64,000 nt of DNA, taken from positions 744,001 to 808,000 of the forward strand of contig OZ237759.1 of the NCBI GenBank assembly GCA_965178125.1, given 5' to 3'. The position numbers were made by a program, and so were the translations under genes. Shown here in pieces: positions 61,701 to 64,000 of this stretch. The stretch is from Bilabrum cf. latius (Eukaryota). Each line of letters opens with the position of its first letter. Positions within the stretch are counted from its first letter, which is position 1. The notes below the pieces were generated by a model, which was not told where the DNA came from, did not search any database, and saw only the letters and a program-made list of their open reading frames with translations.

Positions 61701-62827
61701 TCATGCCTGCGCCGCTTCCAGCACCTCGATCCTCCGGAGGGCCATGGCAAGCTGAGCAGCGAGACCCGCCACCTGCCTCTCTAGGCCGTCATGGCGATCT
61801 GCATCAGATCGGAGCAAGCCTCCCCCACGCCTGTCCGCCAAGGTGCTCGTAGCTGCCTTCATGGTGGCGTACTGGGGCAATATGGCGTTGTACTCTGCCC
61901 CTATCGGTGCCTTGTGACTCCTCAGGACCTCCACGCATTCCGCGTGTCGCTCCAGAGCGGCAGCCGCCATCGGTGTGACGAAGTGTCCCGTGGGCAGGAA
62001 TCCTTTCCTCGCGTGGCCCTGCGCCAGCTTGCCAAGCCTCAGTCGCTTGGCCAGCTCCAGAGGCCGTCCAGTGGAGGCAGCTTGGAAGACACAGGCAGCG
62101 TCTCTGTGCGCCTCGTGTGCTCTTCTCCATCGAAGCAATTGCTGCCACCTTGGCGGCTTGAAGCTGGCTATCAACGCTGCAATCTGTTCGTTGCTCTCGC
62201 GCACCGCCTCCGCGAAACATGTTCGGCCTTGCTGTGAGTAGAAACAGCTGCCTGAAAACACCATGGTATTATTTGCACTTGAACAATAGGTACCAAAATT
62301 CAACTAGCCTCGGCGCTGGCAAACTCACAGTGTCCCGTATGAACCGGTTGGCTCCCGCTCGCAGCAGATACTCTACAATTTCCTTGCTAGTAGCTTTCTA
62401 CCGGAATGCAGCACGATGCAGCGGGGTATCTCCATTCTACTATCATGGACCAGCTCAATAAGTGAGTGACATGCTTGAAGAGGACGCCTGTACTAGTCGG
62501 TCTAAATGTACCCAGATCAGATTCAAGTCCAGATGCTCACCTTATCTTGTTTGTTGAGATCCACCCCACACCGTACCAGAGCTTTAGCAGCCTCCAGTTT
62601 GCCTGACTCAGACGCCGCATGTAGAGGAGTTTTCCCGAACTGCAGGCATACCGGCAATAAGATCAGCCAAAACTATCGTTTTTAGTGCCAGTGCCGGTGG
62701 CTGATGAGACGAGCGCAATTCAGAGGCTGAAGCCGCTCACGTCCGGCCTTCCCAAAGGTGCATTTAGATCACATCCTTGCAAAAATAGTGATTCGATGGA
62801 CGCACCATCGTCAGCATCGATTGCCAT
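61701..62827 (-). CDS. Ankyrin-repeat protein (exons 62827-62741, 62639-62541, 62436-62329, 62231-61701; start uncertain); TAG at 62398
   Basis: FGKTPLHAASESGKLEAAKALVRCGVDLNKQDK; NGDTPLHRAAFR*KATSKEIVEYLLRAGAN; VTPMAAAALERHAECVEVL; ends at TGA. Confidence 0.85.
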
Positions 62828-63122
62828 CTTGACTTGCCCCGACCTGCTCGCGATAACATGGGCGGGTGTGGCTCAACTGTGATAGAAGTGGAAGTCTGTT
62901 TCATGCCATCGTAGCTACTGCTAACATCGTATTTGAAAAGAATATGAGCGGATCGATAGCCAAATCTGCAGCTTTGGGGAATAGCTGGGGAATAGTCTAG
63001 GGCCTAACCGAAAATATTGATGAGGAGACCAAAAAATTGGCCAACCGATGTTACCAGGCATAGCCAAAGCAAACACATAAACTGGATGCTATATCCGGGG
63101 AATCATATTGGTCAATCCCTGA

Positions 63123-64000
63123 TTAACAGCATCCTCCCTCAGCCTCCTCGGCCAGCCCCCCCCTGGCCGCCACCGCGACCCTCTCGTGGTCCTCCCTCTT
63201 GGCCCTCTTGGCGTCCTCGTGGGCCTTGAAGGCGCCAGGGTGCGCCCCGATGCTCTTCACCAGCGTCTAGATCGCCTGCTCCACGTTGTCTCCCGTCTTG
63301 GCGCTCGTCTCGACGAGGCCGACGAAACCGTTCCTGGTGGCGTACTCCTTGGCCTCGTCCATCGAGACGTCCCTCCTGTCGGCGAGGTCGCTCTTGTTGG
63401 CCACCAGCAGGACAGGCAGGGGAGACCCGTCGGGGAGAGTTACCTTGGATCGGATCTCATTCTTCCACTGCGCGCGGGAGCGACAAGAGGGAAAGGAGGA
63501 GGGGAGTGCCGACAGCAAGGCAAACGACTGCCACCTGGGAGGCGGGTCATTCAAGACCAAGACCGATTTACGGGCCCGCGCATGAACACATTATTTGATC
63601 AGCTGTACTCACCACTTCGATAGACTCGAACGATTTCTTCGAGGTCTAGTCAAACACCAGCAGAGCTCCAAACGCGTCCCTATAGAATACTCGAAAGATG
63701 GCGCCAAAGCGATCCTAGCCTGCAACACAAATATATAGCGGTGTAACGACGTGGACATATAAGCTGTACGACTGAATTGGTCGGGCAACGGATGAGAGCA
63801 GAGCCTGCCTGCTTACCAGCAACGTCCCAACTGCGAGGTGAGATTGCTTGGTCATGACATTGGACGAGTTTCGGCACGAATCGCGTTGCCATCAACGTGT
63901 AGACAACACAGTGATGTCACTCACAGCTAGAGGGAGCCACGTATTGTCCCAACGTCAAACTATTTAAGGTGAAAGTCCACGCCCACGGTGGGCTTCTAGT
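63123..64000 (-). CDS. Rab32/38-like GTPase (5' part outside window), several in-frame TAG, ends GGCC-TAA
   Basis: Spliced model [88 protein letters not shown]...ETSAKTG...AI*TLVK...EGGCC-TAA. Confidence 0.9.

Noticed and set aside
1-64000. Mass pseudogenisation, C-to-T hypermutation or sequencing error as the source of in-frame TAGs
   Set aside because: Such processes would also create TAA (from CAA), TGA (from CGA) and frameshifts. Only TAG appears, it occurs in essential genes, and it is shared between paralogous copies.
1-64000. Ciliate-type code (TAA and TAG both Gln), or pyrrolysine/selenocysteine insertion
   Set aside because: No internal TAA was found and TAA terminates the Rab at its CC motif. 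TAG sits at ordinary conserved Gln positions in many unrelated genes, and TGA is the usual terminator.
1-64000. tRNA-Gln(CUA) or other tRNA/rRNA genes in the window
   Set aside because: No cloverleaf or T-loop signature was recognised by eye; tRNAscan-SE is needed to exclude them formally.

Overview
This is a gene-dense, GC-rich eukaryotic nuclear region, probably from a protist, with short GT-AG introns (mostly GTGAG/GTAAG donors) clustered near gene 5' ends. The main result is a non-standard nuclear genetic code in which TAG is a sense codon, almost certainly Gln. TAG occupies invariant Gln positions: NDOR1 YGS*TG and ADE*, the Rab32-like [10 protein letters not shown], and ATAD3 TEE*I*A. 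TGA (dominant) and TAA (rare, e.g. directly after a Rab CC prenylation motif) still act as stops. This is the rare asymmetric UAG-only reassignment (translation-table-15 type). Reading TAG as Gln merges the fragmented ORF track into about 27 coherent gene models. These include DDAH, two Rabs, NDOR1, a Vps55-like protein, MCT-1, two GHL15-like glycosidases, PEBP, RNR large subunit, ATAD3, an ankyrin protein, a RING protein, an (AEEARI)n surface protein and several large low-complexity proteins. An accessory block at 2.4-19.5 kb holds a 17-bp minisatellite, a ~2.59-kb tandem array of a secreted-protein gene, a 5'-truncated LINE and a Crinkler/RHS-like NTPase+nuclease gene. All gene models were built by hand translation; no database searches were run.
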